From contig NW_024704742.1 in NCBI RefSeq assembly GCF_018977255.1, positions 107,448,001 through 107,512,000 of the forward strand: a stretch of 64,000 nt of DNA, given 5' to 3'. This DNA is from Callorhinchus milii (taxonomy: Eukaryota). Shown in pieces: positions 1 through 10,642 of this stretch (positions within the stretch are counted from its first letter, which is position 1; each line of letters begins with the position of its first letter). The position numbers were made by a program, and so were the translations under genes. A model generated the notes under the pieces. That model was not told the DNA's origin. It worked only from the letters and a program-made list of their open reading frames with translations, and ran no database searches.

Positions 1-680
1 CCATATAAGAGTTTACCAGTTAAAATGAAGGTACGCGGACTCTAGACCCAATCTCACGACAAAGATAGGAAGTTGGTTGGAAAGGAAACAGTTTGGATAA
101 TAGTGATGTTCTATGATTGACAGTCATGGAAGGCAGTGACAAGTAATGACCCCAGGCATTGGTGCAGGTACAACAGCTTTTCAAGCTATATATAAATGAC
201 CTAGATATTAGAACAGAGAAGTATACCCAAGTGTGCTGAGGACTAAGCTAAGAAGAATAGTAAATTGTGAAGAAAGGAGAAATTTTCACAGATTTAGGGA
301 ATAAGTGTCACAATCAGAGATTTAGTTCAATGTAGCAAAGTGAAAATGGTAAACAGGAATACATTGTAAATCAGGAAATACTGGGGTAGGCAGGAGTTAC
401 TTAAATAGTTAAATGATATTGGGCTTCACAACCAGGAATGTAAAAGGCAATGCTACTTCAGTTGTTGCAGGTCAGACTTCAATTGAGTATTAACATTCAG
501 TTTTGAGTGTCCAACCTTCAGAAAAATACACCAGCTTTGGAGGGCAATCTCTAACAATTCACAATAATAACTGAAATGAAAGGCATTAGTTATGATGAGA
601 AGCTGGGTAACCTTGAGTTACATTCCCTAGAGCTAAGCAATGTTAAGAGGTGATCTGATTGAGATGTTTAAAATAATGAG
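1..680 (+). mobile_element. Old CR1 LINE fragment (RT to 3' region)
   Basis: Degenerate CR1 RT-type sequence (tatataaatgacctagat; gttcaatgtagcaaagtgaaa; aagaggtgatctgattgagatgtttaaaataatgag), riddled with stops. Confidence 0.7.
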
Positions 681-1057
681 GTGAAGAGAGGTAAAGGGAG
701 AATGTGAGAGAGGACAGAGAGGAAGGAGAGGTGAGGGAAAGCAAAAAAAAGAGAAAACAAAGAGGAGATAGTAATCCTTGCATTTGATATAGTGCCTTAT
801 CACATCTTCGAGACGTCTCAAAAAACTTCACAGAATATACTGTAAAGTGTATTGACTGTATATTTTATGGACGATAGAGGAGAGAGACAAAAAAGGGGAG
901 AATAAAGGAGGGAAATAAACAAAGCGGGAGGTTAGAATACACAGATTTATTAGGATGTGGAACATTTTACAGGAAGTGTCTATCATTGCTATGCTAATTA
1001 TAATATTCAAGCAAAGATATGAAGAAGATTCAAAAGCAGATAGGAAAGATGGGTTAT

Positions 1058-1392
1058 AATAATAATCCTTGCATTTGATTCAACGCTTTTCACATTAGTC
1101 TCAAAATGCTTCACAGGATTTACTGTAAATTAAGAATGACTGTATATTTGTAGGCAAACACAGAAGGCCATTTGTGCACAGCAAAGTTCCACAAACGGAC
1201 ATGAAGTGAATGACTTAATTTCATATGAGGTGGGGATTGTTAACCAGGACACCAGGAGAAACTCCCTTCTCCTTTTGAATAGTGCCATGGGATCTTTAAT
1301 ATCGTGCAGGTGGACTTATCTAGTCCAAGCTGACACTTCAATGCAGCACACCCCCAGCACTGCATTGAAGTGTCAGCTTGGAGTAGATAAGT
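1058..1392 (-). mobile_element. DeuSINE (SacSINE1/AmnSINE1-like) copy carrying an internal inverted duplication
   Basis: Deu-domain motifs on the minus strand (aaagatcccatggcactattcaaaaggagaagggagtttctcctggtgtcctgg) and an L2-type tail ending aaatgcaaggattattat. Confidence 0.8.
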
Positions 1393-1734
1393 TTCATTGT
1401 CTGATGCACAGATTGCGCACAGGCTCAATGAGTCTGAGAGATGTACAAGTTGGAAGACACTGACAGAAGCCAAAGAGGATGGCTTCAGTCTTGTTCATAT
1501 TCAACTGCAGAAAGTTGGCACTCATTCAGGCATTGATGTTTGCATGAATGCAAGTTGATTTTTGTCTTGAAATGGACCTTGAACAAGATGAGGGAAGGAA
1601 CAAATCAGAGGTATTCCAGGATAGAGTTCCAGAGAATGGGAGCAGAAAGTCTGCTGAGGATGGGGTTGGGGGAAATGAAGCAGGCTGGTAACACACTAGT
1701 ATTGGGTAAGGTAGTGGCCAGTGAAGCAAGTGTG

Positions 1735-2066
1735 CACATTGCCAGTGCTAGTGATGCCCATGCTCTTGGTACCCCATGGCTTGTGGCTACTTCCCTGTGA
1801 CAGACGTACCATTGCCAGATTTGCAGCGCAAGTCACCAGTAGGATCAGTGCCAGGTTTGCCAGTATCATCAGCACCGGTACCACCAGAGCCAGCATTGCC
1901 AGCACCAGGCGTGCCAGTGCCAATGCCAGTATTGCCCGTGTTATCAGTGCCAATGCCATCAGTTCCAACATGGCTGATGTTATCGGCACCGGGTTGGCCA
2001 GTACCAACACCGCTGTTGCCAGTGCCGGTATTGCCAGCATTATCAGTGACAGTATTGCCGGTATCT
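1735..2066. repeat. Degenerate triplet-periodic GCCAGT(ATT/ACC)-type tandem repeat at the start of FAM174A intron 1
   Basis: Recurrent gccagt/gccagc/atcagt/accggt units; stop-free in at least four reading frames. Confidence 0.75.
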
Positions 2067-2071
2067 CTTAC

Positions 2072-2448
2072 CTAACGGTCCTGACCACGAAATAGATAAT
2101 CACGAAGGCGGTGACCACGATGAGCACGTACAGCGCCCGCTGGATCATCATGGTCTGTTCGTGGAACGGCATGGCCGAGAAGTCGCCCTCTTTCTTCCTC
2201 TTACCACCGGGCCCGGCCGCCCCCGAGGAGCCGCTCAGGCTGCTATTGCCGCCTTCGCCTCCTGCCTTGCCGCCCCGCGTGACATTGCTGGCGGCCTGGG
2301 CCGAGCTGCCGCCGCTCAGGCTCAGGCTCAGGCTCCGGCTCAGCCTCGCCAGGCCCACCATTGGCGGCGGCGCCAGCTCACTGAGCCCCACCGCCACCCC
2401 GAGGGTCAGCAGCAGGAGAGGGGGGAAGCGGGCCGAGCTGAGGGCCAT
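2072..2448 (-). CDS. FAM174A: FAM174A (DUF1180-family single-pass membrane protein), first coding exon; downstream exons lie outside the window to the left
   Basis: ATG at 2448 in good Kozak context (GGTATGG). Signal-peptide-like MALSSARFPPLLLLTLGVAVG, a Gly/Ser-rich ectodomain with NVT and NSS sequons, then [26 protein letters not shown]. This resembles human FAM174A as I recall it ([26 protein letters not shown]). The frame ends at a canonical donor AG|GTAAGA (intron starts 2071, phase 2). Confidence 0.92.
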
Positions 2449-2449
2449 A

Positions 2450-2720
2450 CCGCCTGTCAGTGCTCGCAAACGAGCTGCGCTACTCCATGGCCCCGGGGGG
2501 GGGGGAGGGTTGGGGGGGGGTTGGGGGCGGCGGTTGGACTGGAACTCGCGGCGGATGTTTTTCAAAATAAATTTGAAACGCTCTCCTTCCCCGAACCGCC
2601 AGTGACGTCACCGGGCACCGGGCACCGCGCCAGCCCGTCACGTGACTGGATGCGGAAGCGCCGGGTTTGGGCTATGGAGACACGTGAGGACCTGGGCATT
2701 GGGGGGCGGGGGGGGGGGGT
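2450..2720 (-). promoter_or_regulatory. CpG-island promoter / 5'UTR of FAM174A with CRE, CLEAR/E-box, ETS-like and GC-box motifs
   Basis: CpG-dense island from ~2100 to 2720. GTGACGTCAC at 2602-2611, GTCACGTGAC at 2637-2646, GCGGAAG at 2652-2658, CACGTG at 2681-2686 and GGGGCGGGG at ~2703-2711. No TATA box seen. Confidence 0.8.
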
Positions 2721-2724
2721 CTGA

Positions 2725-2935
2725 TAGGTCATGTGGAGGGTGGGGTGAGACCATGTGGGGTGGGGTGGGTGATGGGAACTGGATGAGACGATTGGGGGTG
2801 GGATGGATTATGCGGGAGATGGGATGATGGCGGATGGGATGGACGATGGCAATGGGGTTGGTTGATGGAGATGGGCTGTGGGGGATGGGATCGGTATTGG
2901 GGTGGATCGTGGTGGGATGGGATGGATGGTGGGGC
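2725..2935 (+). repeat. G-rich degenerate (GGGAT/GGAT)n low-complexity tract
   Basis: Repeated gggatg/ggatgg/tggggtg units immediately upstream of the promoter. Confidence 0.75.
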
Positions 2936-3059
2936 AGATTGTTTCACTTAAGGTACAGGGCATCCCTGTTGCAACACCCCACTGACCTGCGCAAAACAGA
3001 AGTGCGACGCATCTTGCGCTAAGAATGTTAGTTGTTGGTTCTTGTGTGCTATACAATCC

Positions 3060-3440
3060 AATGCAGTTGACATTTATATTGCACCTTTCAAATCAGGAGG
3101 ACATCTCAAAGCACTTCACACTGTTGGCTGGGCATCCGAGCCAGGGCAGTGGGAGCTGAAGGGAAGGGGTAGGGGGGAGATGACAGAAAGCATGATCAAT
3201 GAGATAATTTTTTGAGCGATTGGGCAATGCTCTGGAGGATCTTGAATCCAACCCGCTGGGGGATGGGGAGCCAGTGGAATTGAGTGAGGATGAAAGGCTT
3301 TGCGGAGCCTGATGCAGGAGTGGACACATGCTGCAGAGTTCAGGATATTCTGTAGGATGTGTAGGGAAGAGCTGGGGAGTTGGCGAGCTGGGCAATGGCG
3401 AAGTCAAGCCTAGATGTGATAAATGCATGAATTCGGCAGA
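3060..3440 (-). mobile_element. Old L2 3' fragment
   Basis: Degenerate match to the L2 C-terminal region (catctaggcttgact; tggctccccatcccccagcg) and to the tail. Confidence 0.6.
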
Positions 3441-4802
3441 GAAGCAAGAAGAGGAGAGTCACTCAAAGGTGTCACTTCCTGTGTGTTTCGCTTCCCTGCT
3501 ATTAGCAGGAGGATGTGCCAGTGATGTTATTTAATGAAGGCATTGATGTAGCACATAGAAAGTGGTGCTTGTGCATGCAGGCAAATAATGTGCAAGAAGC
3601 GGCATCAGAGGTGATCTGACAACTCAGATTGGCCATTGTTTTGAGCTTCAGTTAAAGTGCAACCTCCAAGGTACTGAATCTAGACAGCAACTTTATAATG
3701 GGATTGCCCTATTTCTAAAATAAAGCTAGAATTGGGGGCAGTTTTTTTCCTCCTACTTTCTAATGATGTAAGGATTTGTTGTAAATACATTGTGAATACA
3801 ATGTGAAGTTTTTTCCTCCCCCAAAACTCCAAAATGTGCATTTTAAAACCGTTTTATTAAACAATTGCAGTGAGCTTCAGTACCAGACAATAAAAATACA
3901 CAAAATAATATTATTATTATTATTAGCTTCTTGCTTGCAGATAAAAAATGCTATCCTTTTGTAAAATTGCTAACAATATCTTATGATCTTATTACGATAT
4001 CTGGTGGTATGTAATTTCAAAGCCCTTTTTTCTGGTTTGTGTATTCCAGTAATATCAATTTTTAAGAGTTTGAAAATGAACTCTTCGGTTTATGTGCTTT
4101 CATAAGCTATGTGGCTTCAATAATAGTAGAGATTTGTGTCACATTTGTGCTTCTGAAGTCTAGTTGCACTAGAAAACAGTACAATAATTTACTTTTTTGC
4201 ATTCCTGGTAGTTACGATCATCCATTGACTGTGCTAACATGATGAATACCAAAGAATGTATCACTACGTAAGAGGTGGAAGCCAATGTAATTCTAGCTCT
4301 TCCATATAAAGCACTCAACAAGTAATGTCACCTTCGGGGGAAGGACAGAAATCAATTCATGAACTGCGATTTTGCTCATGACACATAAAAGGTATCAGAT
4401 TTTCCAGCAACTGAATTTTTCTTAAAAATAAGATGTTATAGAAATACATAAACAAAGGTTTTGTCATACTCATCAAAAAAATTTTTTACTGGAAAAGCAG
4501 GAAACAATAATCTGATCTAAAAGTAAACTACAAAGTGTTTAACTAGCGAAATACTGGTCAACTTCTTTATAAGGCGGAGTCCATAAAATGCCAGCCTGCC
4601 TTATAATGAGGCGATGAGCATCCGATTCCAGACGGCACCGATCACACAACCAGTGTCATCACTGTGCAGAAACCATCTGTATGCTCTCCTGTTGTACCAA
4701 TTCATGGGGACATGAAACTCAGTACAAAATTCTGCTGTTGTAGTTCAAATGCTGCCATTGTGTTACAAGTGAATCTGCATTATAGTGAAGTGTGTTAAAA
4801 TA

Positions 4803-5150
4803 CAACAACAACAAATTGCATTCATACAGTGTCTTTCACATCGGGAAGACATCCCAAAGCTTCACAGGATGCACTGCAACATGCAGTGACTGTATGTTTT
4901 GTGAGAGAAAACAGCAGCCAATTTGATTACAGCAATGACCCACAAACGTGAACAGTGACCAATTTTATTTGGGGGATTGTCGACCAGGACACTAGGAGAA
5001 ACTCCCTTCTCTTTTCAAATAGTGCCATGGGATCTTTAGCATCCACCTGAACAGACAGACAGGACCTTGGTTTATGTTTCATCCAAAGGACAGCACCTCC
5101 AACAGTACAACACCCCCCCAGCATTGCATTGGAGAATCATCTTAGATAAT
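4803..5150 (-). mobile_element. DeuSINE copy
   Basis: Deu domain (ggaggtgctgtcctttggatgaaacataaaccaagg...aaagatcccatggcactatttgaaaagagaagggag) with a (TTG)n tail. Confidence 0.8.
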
Positions 5151-5994
5151 ATGAGTTCCAAATCCTCATGTATTTTTTAGGAATATGACAAACCTTTGTT
5201 TGTGAGTTTCTATAGCACATTATTTTATGAAAAAATCAGTTCTTGGAAAATGTGATAGCTTATATGTGTCATGAACAAAATCGTAGTTTATGGATTGGTT
5301 TCTGTCCTCTCCCTGAATGTTACATTACCTGTTGAGTGCTTTATATAGTTAGAATGCTACTAAATGATAATGGTATTGCCCTTTAATGCAATAAGCATCA
5401 GAATTTCAACCCATTTAAATTGAAACTGGATTTATCTCATGGAACACAACAAATGGAACAAAACAAGAATATGATCACATTTGTACTTTCAATTAAAAAT
5501 TAATCAGTTGAATCAGGATTGTCAAGCGCCTTGAGACGTGCTTCCCGTGTGAAAGATGCTATAATTTATTAAATATGTATTCTATCTGGTATATGTGATT
5601 CTGGATCCAATGTTGTATTCTTCTGATATGGAGTTTAACCTACTTTAGTTATTTAACCGCCTCACTTTCTCTTTCTTTTTTTTAATGGAATATTTTACAA
5701 ACCTGTTTCCTTTGAAGTATGTTTACTGATCATCCCACATTTCAAGTAAATATAATTTCAAAGCATGTCTTACACATCAAATATATTCCTACTTGAAAGC
5801 ATTTTACTGTATCACACCATTTCCATATAGCATGTAGAACATCAAACAGAACTATTTTTAACCTAAGATTGTACAACTAAGAGCTGGAAACCCAATGAAC
5901 GCATAGATGCCAATAGGACTTTGTTTACAATTGATATTATTATTTGAGACTGAAAGGATACAAGCTATTTCTGATTCCAGACATTATAGTAAAA

Positions 5995-6296
5995 AATAAT
6001 CCTTGCATTTCATATGGCGCTTTTCACGTCTTCTAGACGTCTCAAAGCGCATCACAGAATATACTGTAAAGTGAATTGACTATATATTTATGGGCAAAAC
6101 GCGGTAGCCAATTGGGCACAGTAGTGCCCCACAAACAGTCGTGGATTGAAGTGAACAATTTATTATTTTTTTTTACTTGAGGGATTATTAGGCGTGTGGA
6201 GTAAGGAAACTTGCCCAAGGTTTGGCCCTGCCGGGAATTGACCCCAGGTCTCTCGCTTGCGAGCCCAGTGCTCTAACCACTAAGCTACAGGACTCC
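5995..6296 (-). mobile_element. tRNA-Ala-derived SINE, short variant, full length
   Basis: Head ggagtcctgtagcttagtggttagagc...ggtcaattccc (A and B boxes), Deu-like 3' body, L2-like tail with (ATT)n. Confidence 0.88.
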
Positions 6297-6485
6297 ACAT
6301 TGCATTTTTCCCCATCAGAGAGACTTAAGAACTTGCCAGAAATAAGTTCCCACTAGTGCACTTAGGTTTCGCAGCAAAACACCACTTTCTAACTTAAAAT
6401 AAGCAACAACTTTATGAATGTTTTAAAATGTAAATGTTTGTAAAAAACACATGATATTACTTTTTTTTTAAAAATCCACTCTAGG

Positions 6486-6990
6486 TCTACTTGCCTTCAT
6501 TACATCCAGGCTCGACTATGCCAATCCCCTGCTTGTTGGTCTTCCTAACTCTTCCCTCAGCAAGCTGCAGATCATCCAGAACTCTGCAGCTCATGTCCTC
6601 TCCCGCACCAGACTCCGTGACCCCATCACACCAATCCTCGCCCGGCTCCACTGGCTCCCCATCCCTCGGAGGATCAAGTTCAAAATTCTTGTCCTCACTT
6701 TCAAGGCCCTCCATGGCCTGGCCTCCTCCTACCTCTCCAACCTGCTGACCCCTTATCAACCTGTCCGCTCCCTCCGTTCAACCTGCTCCTTGTCCCACGC
6801 CCATCCCACACCACCATCAGCAGTCGGGCCTTCAGCCTCTCTGCCCCCATCCTCTGAAACTCCATCCCACATTCCCTTCGCATCGCTCCCTTCCTTGCCT
6901 CCTTCAAGGCAAGCCTTAAGATCCTCCTCTTCAGCTGTGCCTTCGGTCACCCTCCTATCCTCTCTGCCTTCCACCCTCCCTAATCGCAAC
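6486..6990 (+). mobile_element. Older L2 3' fragment
   Basis: Encodes SRLDYAN...LQIIQNSAA...[14 protein letters not shown], colinear with the intact L2 ORF C-terminus. Confidence 0.85.
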
Positions 6991-7145
6991 CCAGTCCCAC
7001 TAGGGTTATAATCCCTGACTGCCCTGATCCCTCCCTCCCTTCAACTGCTTGCCCTTTTTACCACAAACTTTGTCCTTGACTTTGCAAATGGGTCAAAGGA
7101 AACCTTTTTTGAGCCCAGGAGCTCAAAGCCATGAGGGAGAACTCT

Positions 7146-7420
7146 AATAATATAATCCTTGCATTTGATATAGCGTCTTATCATGTCTTCGAGACATCTC
7201 AAAGCGCTTCACAGAATATACTGTACAGTGATTTTTTGAAGTAATTATTACCCCCGGAAACGTGATCTACCAATTGATTAACAGCTGGGTTCCTACTTAT
7301 TGCTAGGTAAACAGAAGTGTGTTGTAGGGAAACTTGCCCAACATTTCATGCTGCCCGGGAATCAAACCCAGGTTCTCTTGCTTGTGAGGCGAGTGTTGTA
7401 ACCATTAAGCTACAGAACTG
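7146..7420 (-). mobile_element. tRNA-derived SINE, long variant, internally deleted
   Basis: Head plus the internal segment tctgtttacctagcaataagtaggaacc plus the tail. Confidence 0.8.
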
Positions 7421-8650
7421 TGTCCCTTATTCCAAACATACAAATAATTGGTCATTCATCTCATTGCAGAGGCAACTTAGCTATTGTGTTTGCCTGCATC
7501 CATTACAAATCAAAGTAGTTTATTGCATGAAGTGCTTTGAAACATTATCCTATGATAAAGCATTAAAGGTGGAATCCAGACTATGGATTTCACACATGCT
7601 GGGAAAAATAGAATAGAGTACGAAATGGTCTAACACTTCAAAACTAGCCTAATTGTAAACACTATCAAACAAGTTTTGTATCTTAGACGATAAAGCAGAG
7701 AGATCCCCAGAATTGACTCTAATGAGGCCAGATGGCTCGCAAAGTTAACTTGCTACTGTGATTGAGAGGAAAGTTTCTATATTCTTAATAAAAAATCCTC
7801 CTGACAGAATGACAGCCTCTTTAAGAGTGTTGCTGTCTGTCATACTTACAAAGATTTGCTGTTTAATTGTTGCCTACCTTTGCTGTCCTGTTTATTTCCA
7901 AGCAATCAACAAGCTTGAAGACAATGATTTCACAGTCAGTTAAACTGTAGAGACTATGATGGCAGATGATTATTCTTTTACCCAGTTTCTTCTGGAAAGT
8001 TATTTTAGTTCAAAGTGTAATTTACAAGCAGAAATGAATGGTGAAGCTGTGGTTATAGGTTGCAATCTATGTTGAAGCATGGAAATTGAAACAGTTAAAT
8101 GCCTCACTGCAGCAGTTAGATTTCAAGATAAAGAACGAGGCTTCAAAGATGAATCTCTGTATCTGCTATTTCCCATTGCCTCGCAGTAATACCGTGCAGG
8201 ATAATTAAGGATGCTTTGCCACGCGCTTACATATAAAAAGAACCATAGATGGGAAATTTTCTAGGATCATCCTACACGCTTTTGTTCAAAAATCCTCAGC
8301 ACTTCTTTCCTTGTGACCACACAAATTTCAGTTGTAATTTGCCAACCATTAATCTAAATTTTTTACTTAAATAGAGTCAATGTATAGCAATGAAGAGTAT
8401 TTGATTGCAAAATCGAAATTATAATTTCTATTCTTGCATACACGTTTAGAAAATAAGCTTCAGAAGGTCTTAAATCCAATAATCTGCAACTGAGAGGCCT
8501 TGCTCAATTCTCCCTGCATTGCCAGGACCGCATTATCTACTTATGCTCCACAGCCCCAAAAGGAATTCAAACCAATATTACAGATTTATTTGACTTTCAG
8601 ATGACTTGATGTGTTTTCATTCTTTGGTCTAGTTTTTTCAGTGTACTGAA

Positions 8651-9040
8651 TCTTCTTTACTGATAAAGACAAAATATCTGTGTGTCTGTGTGTCTGTCTG
8701 TCTGCCAAGAACTCAATAATCGATTGACATAGAGACATGATTTATACCTCATCGGAAAGGTCTTTCATGAGGGAGTGTCATGGGCATATCTTTGGGGGTA
8801 TCGATCATTGATGAGCTATATTTAAAAATTCTTTAATTGGGCTCACAAAAAAGTATACATGATATTCTGCAACAAAATAGCTATGCATGGTATTCGGTAA
8901 CAAAGAAGCGACAGGAAATTACATACCCTTCTAGAGAAATATATTTATACTATTAGACAAAATATCTGTCTGTGTATCTGTCACCCAATAACGCAATAAC
9001 CGATTGGCATAGAGACATGATTTATACCTCATCAGAAAGG
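8651..9040 (+). mobile_element. Probable non-autonomous Helitron-like element (8651-8934) plus a truncated head-to-tail second copy (~8941-9040)
   Basis: 5' TC after A, (TGTC)n microsatellite near the 5' end, an imperfect 3' hairpin (ggtattcggtaa...ttacatacc) and a CTAG end at 8931-8934. The ~90-bp 5' block (agacaaaatatctg...catagagacatgatttatacctcatc.gaaagg) is repeated directly downstream. Confidence 0.5.
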
Positions 9041-9291
9041 TTTCCTTACTCCACATGCCTAATAATAATCCCTGCAAAACAAAACAATAATAAATTGGTC
9101 ACTTCAATCCATGACTGGATTGAAGTGACCAATGGGACACAGTGGGACACTGCTGTGCGCAATTGGCTGCCGCATTTCGCCTACAAATATACAGTCAATT
9201 CACTTTGCAGTCTATTCTGTGAAGTGCTTTGAGACATCTAGAAGATGTGAAAAGCGCTATTATCAAATGCAAGGATTATTATTATTATTAT
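9041..9291 (+). mobile_element. 5'-truncated tRNA-SINE (short variant)
   Basis: Starts at tttccttactccac and runs to the (ATT)n tail. Confidence 0.85.
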
Positions 9292-9297
9292 CGACTC

Positions 9298-9362
9298 CAA
9301 CAAGGAGTCCTCCCAACACAAGTCCTCCCAAAAGGAGTCCTCCCAAAGGAGTCCTCCCAACA
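9298..9362. repeat. Minisatellite, ~14-15 bp unit AAGGAGTCCTCCCAA x4
   Basis: Directly visible tandem units. Confidence 0.85.
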
Positions 9363-9449
9363 AACAGGATATTGCTATTTTTTAAAAAAAACAAGAAATA
9401 TGATTAACTGGAATAAATGTGCTGCTTCTTTGCAAAAAAACTTTTTTTT

Positions 9450-9650
9450 AGTAATAATCCCTCCCCCAAAAGAAAAGTTTGTCACTCAATCCACAACAGT
9501 TTGTGGGACTCTGCTGTGCAGAATTGACTACCGCGTTTTGCCCACAAAATATACAGTCAAATCACTATATGGTATATCCTGCGAAATGCTTTGGGACGTC
9601 TCAATGGTGTGATAAGGCACGATATCAAATTGAAGGATTATTATTATTAA
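9450..9650 (+). mobile_element. SINE 3' half
   Basis: taataatccc...tttgtggga...ttgaaggattattattatt. Confidence 0.75.
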
Positions 9651-9789
9651 AAAGCCATTCTTGAAAATTACTTTTTGAGTATTCAGTGCGAGGAAGTGAC
9701 ATCGGTAGCAACCCAAAGACCTGAAAGCCAACCATTTGGGCTCGTGCACAGTGATTGCAGAATAAATTACTTGCAATTATATCCCTTTA

Positions 9790-10642
9790 ACAACAGCAAC
9801 AACAAAATTACATTTGTATAGCACCTTTTCATGTTGGGAGGACGTCTCAAGGCGCTGGACAGTCAGAGTTGGGTGTTGGGATCGGGGAGAGTGGAGGGCA
9901 GAGGGGGGAAGCAGGGTGATTGAAAGCAAGGTCAAAGAGGAGAGTCTTGAGACGGGTCTTGAAGGAGGCAAGGGAGGTAGCAAGGTGGAGGGACTGCGGG
10001 ATTGAATTCCAGAGGGTGGAGGCAGAGTGGCAGAATGGTGGGGCGAGCGAGGCGGGGTCGTGAAGCAGGCCGGAGCCCACTGCACGGAGGCAGTGGGCAG
10101 GATGGTAGGGGGTTAGGAGGTCGCAGAGGTGGGGGAGCAAGACCATGGAGGGCTGTGAAGGTGAGGACCAGGATCTTGAACTGTAACTTCTATGTGATAG
10201 GAAGCCAGTGGAGTCGGGCGAGGATGAGAGTGATAGGGTCACGGAGCCTGGTGCGGGAGAGGACACGGGCTGCAGAGTTCTGGATGATCTGCAGCCTATG
10301 GAGGGAGGAGTTGCGGAGGCCGACAAGTAGGGAGTTTGTAAAGTCAAGCCTCGATGTAATGAAAATATGTATGAGGGTTTCAGCAGCCTGTGGTTTGAGA
10401 CAGTGGTGGAGCCGGGAGATGTTATGGAGGTGGGGGAAGGCAGAACGGGTCATGGCACAGATGTGGGATAGAAAGGATAGTTGAGGGTCAAACAAAATGC
10501 CAAAGATCTGGACTGGCTTAGTAAGGTGGAGTGTGCATCCTTGGATGGTGATGCTGTCAGTGCTTGAGGTGTGGAGGCGCTGACTGGAGCCAGGAGTGCC
10601 TTGGTCTTGTTGATGTTCAACTGAAGAAAATTAGCTTTCATG
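9790..10642 (-). mobile_element. Older L2 3' fragment with (TTG)n tail
   Basis: ORF pieces MKANFLQLNINKTKALL, FDPQLSFLSHI and SRLDFTNSLL...LHWLPI with frameshifts. Confidence 0.88.

Noticed and set aside
2449..2565. N-terminal extension of the 165-aa ORF (MKNIRREF...)
   Set aside because: It starts at a non-ATG codon in the GC-rich 5'UTR. The ATG at 2448 gives a proper signal peptide.
2111..2724. Plus-strand ORFs of 164 and 187 aa over the CpG island
   Set aside because: Antisense shadows of a GC-rich exon and promoter, with no recognisable domain.
9298..9362. CRISPR-like direct repeats
   Set aside because: No unique spacers, no cas genes, and a eukaryotic context; it is a minisatellite.
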